DNA from: Octopus sinensis
Lineage: Eukaryota
Assembly (NCBI RefSeq): GCF_006345805.1
Contig: NC_043003.1
Span: 64,046,001-64,110,000, forward strand
DNA: 64,000 bases
Direction of reading: 5' to 3'
In this document: in pieces, positions 63,181-64,000 of the stretch
Position numbering within the stretch: position 1 is the first letter of the stretch
Layout of the letters: each line of letters starts with the position of its first letter
Notes under the pieces: generated by a model
What the model was told of the DNA's origin: nothing
Databases searched by the model: none
Seen by the model: only the letters and a program-made list of their open reading frames with translations
Made by a program: the position numbers and the translations under genes

Positions 63181-64000
63181 GACTATCAATTATTATAATA
63201 TTTGTGCTTACTTAAAGAGAAAATAATTATTAAAATTACCCTTAATTAAAAGCGATGTTCTTGTTTTTTGCGTTTTGCACTCATATTCATGCAACCATTT
63301 CTTGCTATTAAAAGGCTGAGTGCAGATATGGCCTAGTGGTTAAGGAGCTCATTTGGCAACCGTATGGTTTCAGGTTCGGTCCCATGTGTTGCACAATGAG
63401 CAAGTGTCTTCTACTATAGCTTCGGTTCAACCAATGCTTTGTGGATAAATTTGGAAGATGGAAACTGTGTGGAAGCCCGTCATATATATGTGTAAGCGTG
63501 AGCATTTTTCTGTTTGTTGCCCCACCACTGCATGATAGCTTGTGTTTTCATTTATTTACATCCTCATAACTTATCAGTTCAACAAAAGACACCAATAAAT
63601 CGAGTACCAGACTTGAAAAAGTTATGCATCTGAGTTCAATTTGTTCAGCTAAAACTCTTCAAAGCAGAGCCCCAGAATGGCTGCAGTTCAATGACTGAAC
63701 CATCTAAAGGATAAAAGACAAAAGATTAAAGATTAAAGTTTTAACCTCGGTGTTATTTAGTGCATTCATTTTGAGGGGAGGGGATGAAAAAAATGTCAAC
63801 TGCAATGTGAACCAAATCCAGTACAATGAGATTACACTAAACAAAAAATACTGATTATTTATTATGGGCCAATGATCTATGTGATCATTTAACCTACTGA
63901 AGATAATAACCAAATTTCCCTCTAATCATTAAAAATGCAAAGGAGTTGCAAAGTACCCCCCTCTCTCTCTCTTTGTGTGTGTTTTTGTTTGTGCATGAGA

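Overview
Eukaryotic, AT-rich, repeat-dominated genomic DNA. It is most likely an Octopus/coleoid cephalopod genome; this is inferred from the tRNA-derived SINE, RTE-LINE and microsatellite landscape, not from a database search. There is no prokaryotic operon, CRISPR array, rRNA or genuine tRNA gene. Most ORFs in the supplied track are microsatellite or SINE artefacts. Well-supported features: a 5'-truncated RTE-clade LINE (37.8-39.0 kb) plus many RTE 3' tails; a decayed mariner transposase (30.35-31.4 kb) with a 26-bp minisatellite in its 5' region; MITEs of piggyBac (TTAA), mariner and pogo (TA), hAT (8-bp TSD) and Mutator-like type; a Helitron-like element; at least three tRNA-head SINE families; and Penelope-like termini. 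The best novel signal is a tRNA-head SINE whose 3' tail is a Penelope-type minimal hammerhead ribozyme (3 copies). A chain of short minus-strand candidate exons (about 57 kb to 1.4 kb) is partly phase-compatible and gives peptides collinearly similar, by eye and from memory, to the CatSper-gamma ectodomain. Competing plus-strand exon candidates overlap that chain. All exon calls are unverified hypotheses. Several long palindromes, a templated inverted insertion, and an RTE-3'UTR-derived tandem array are also present.
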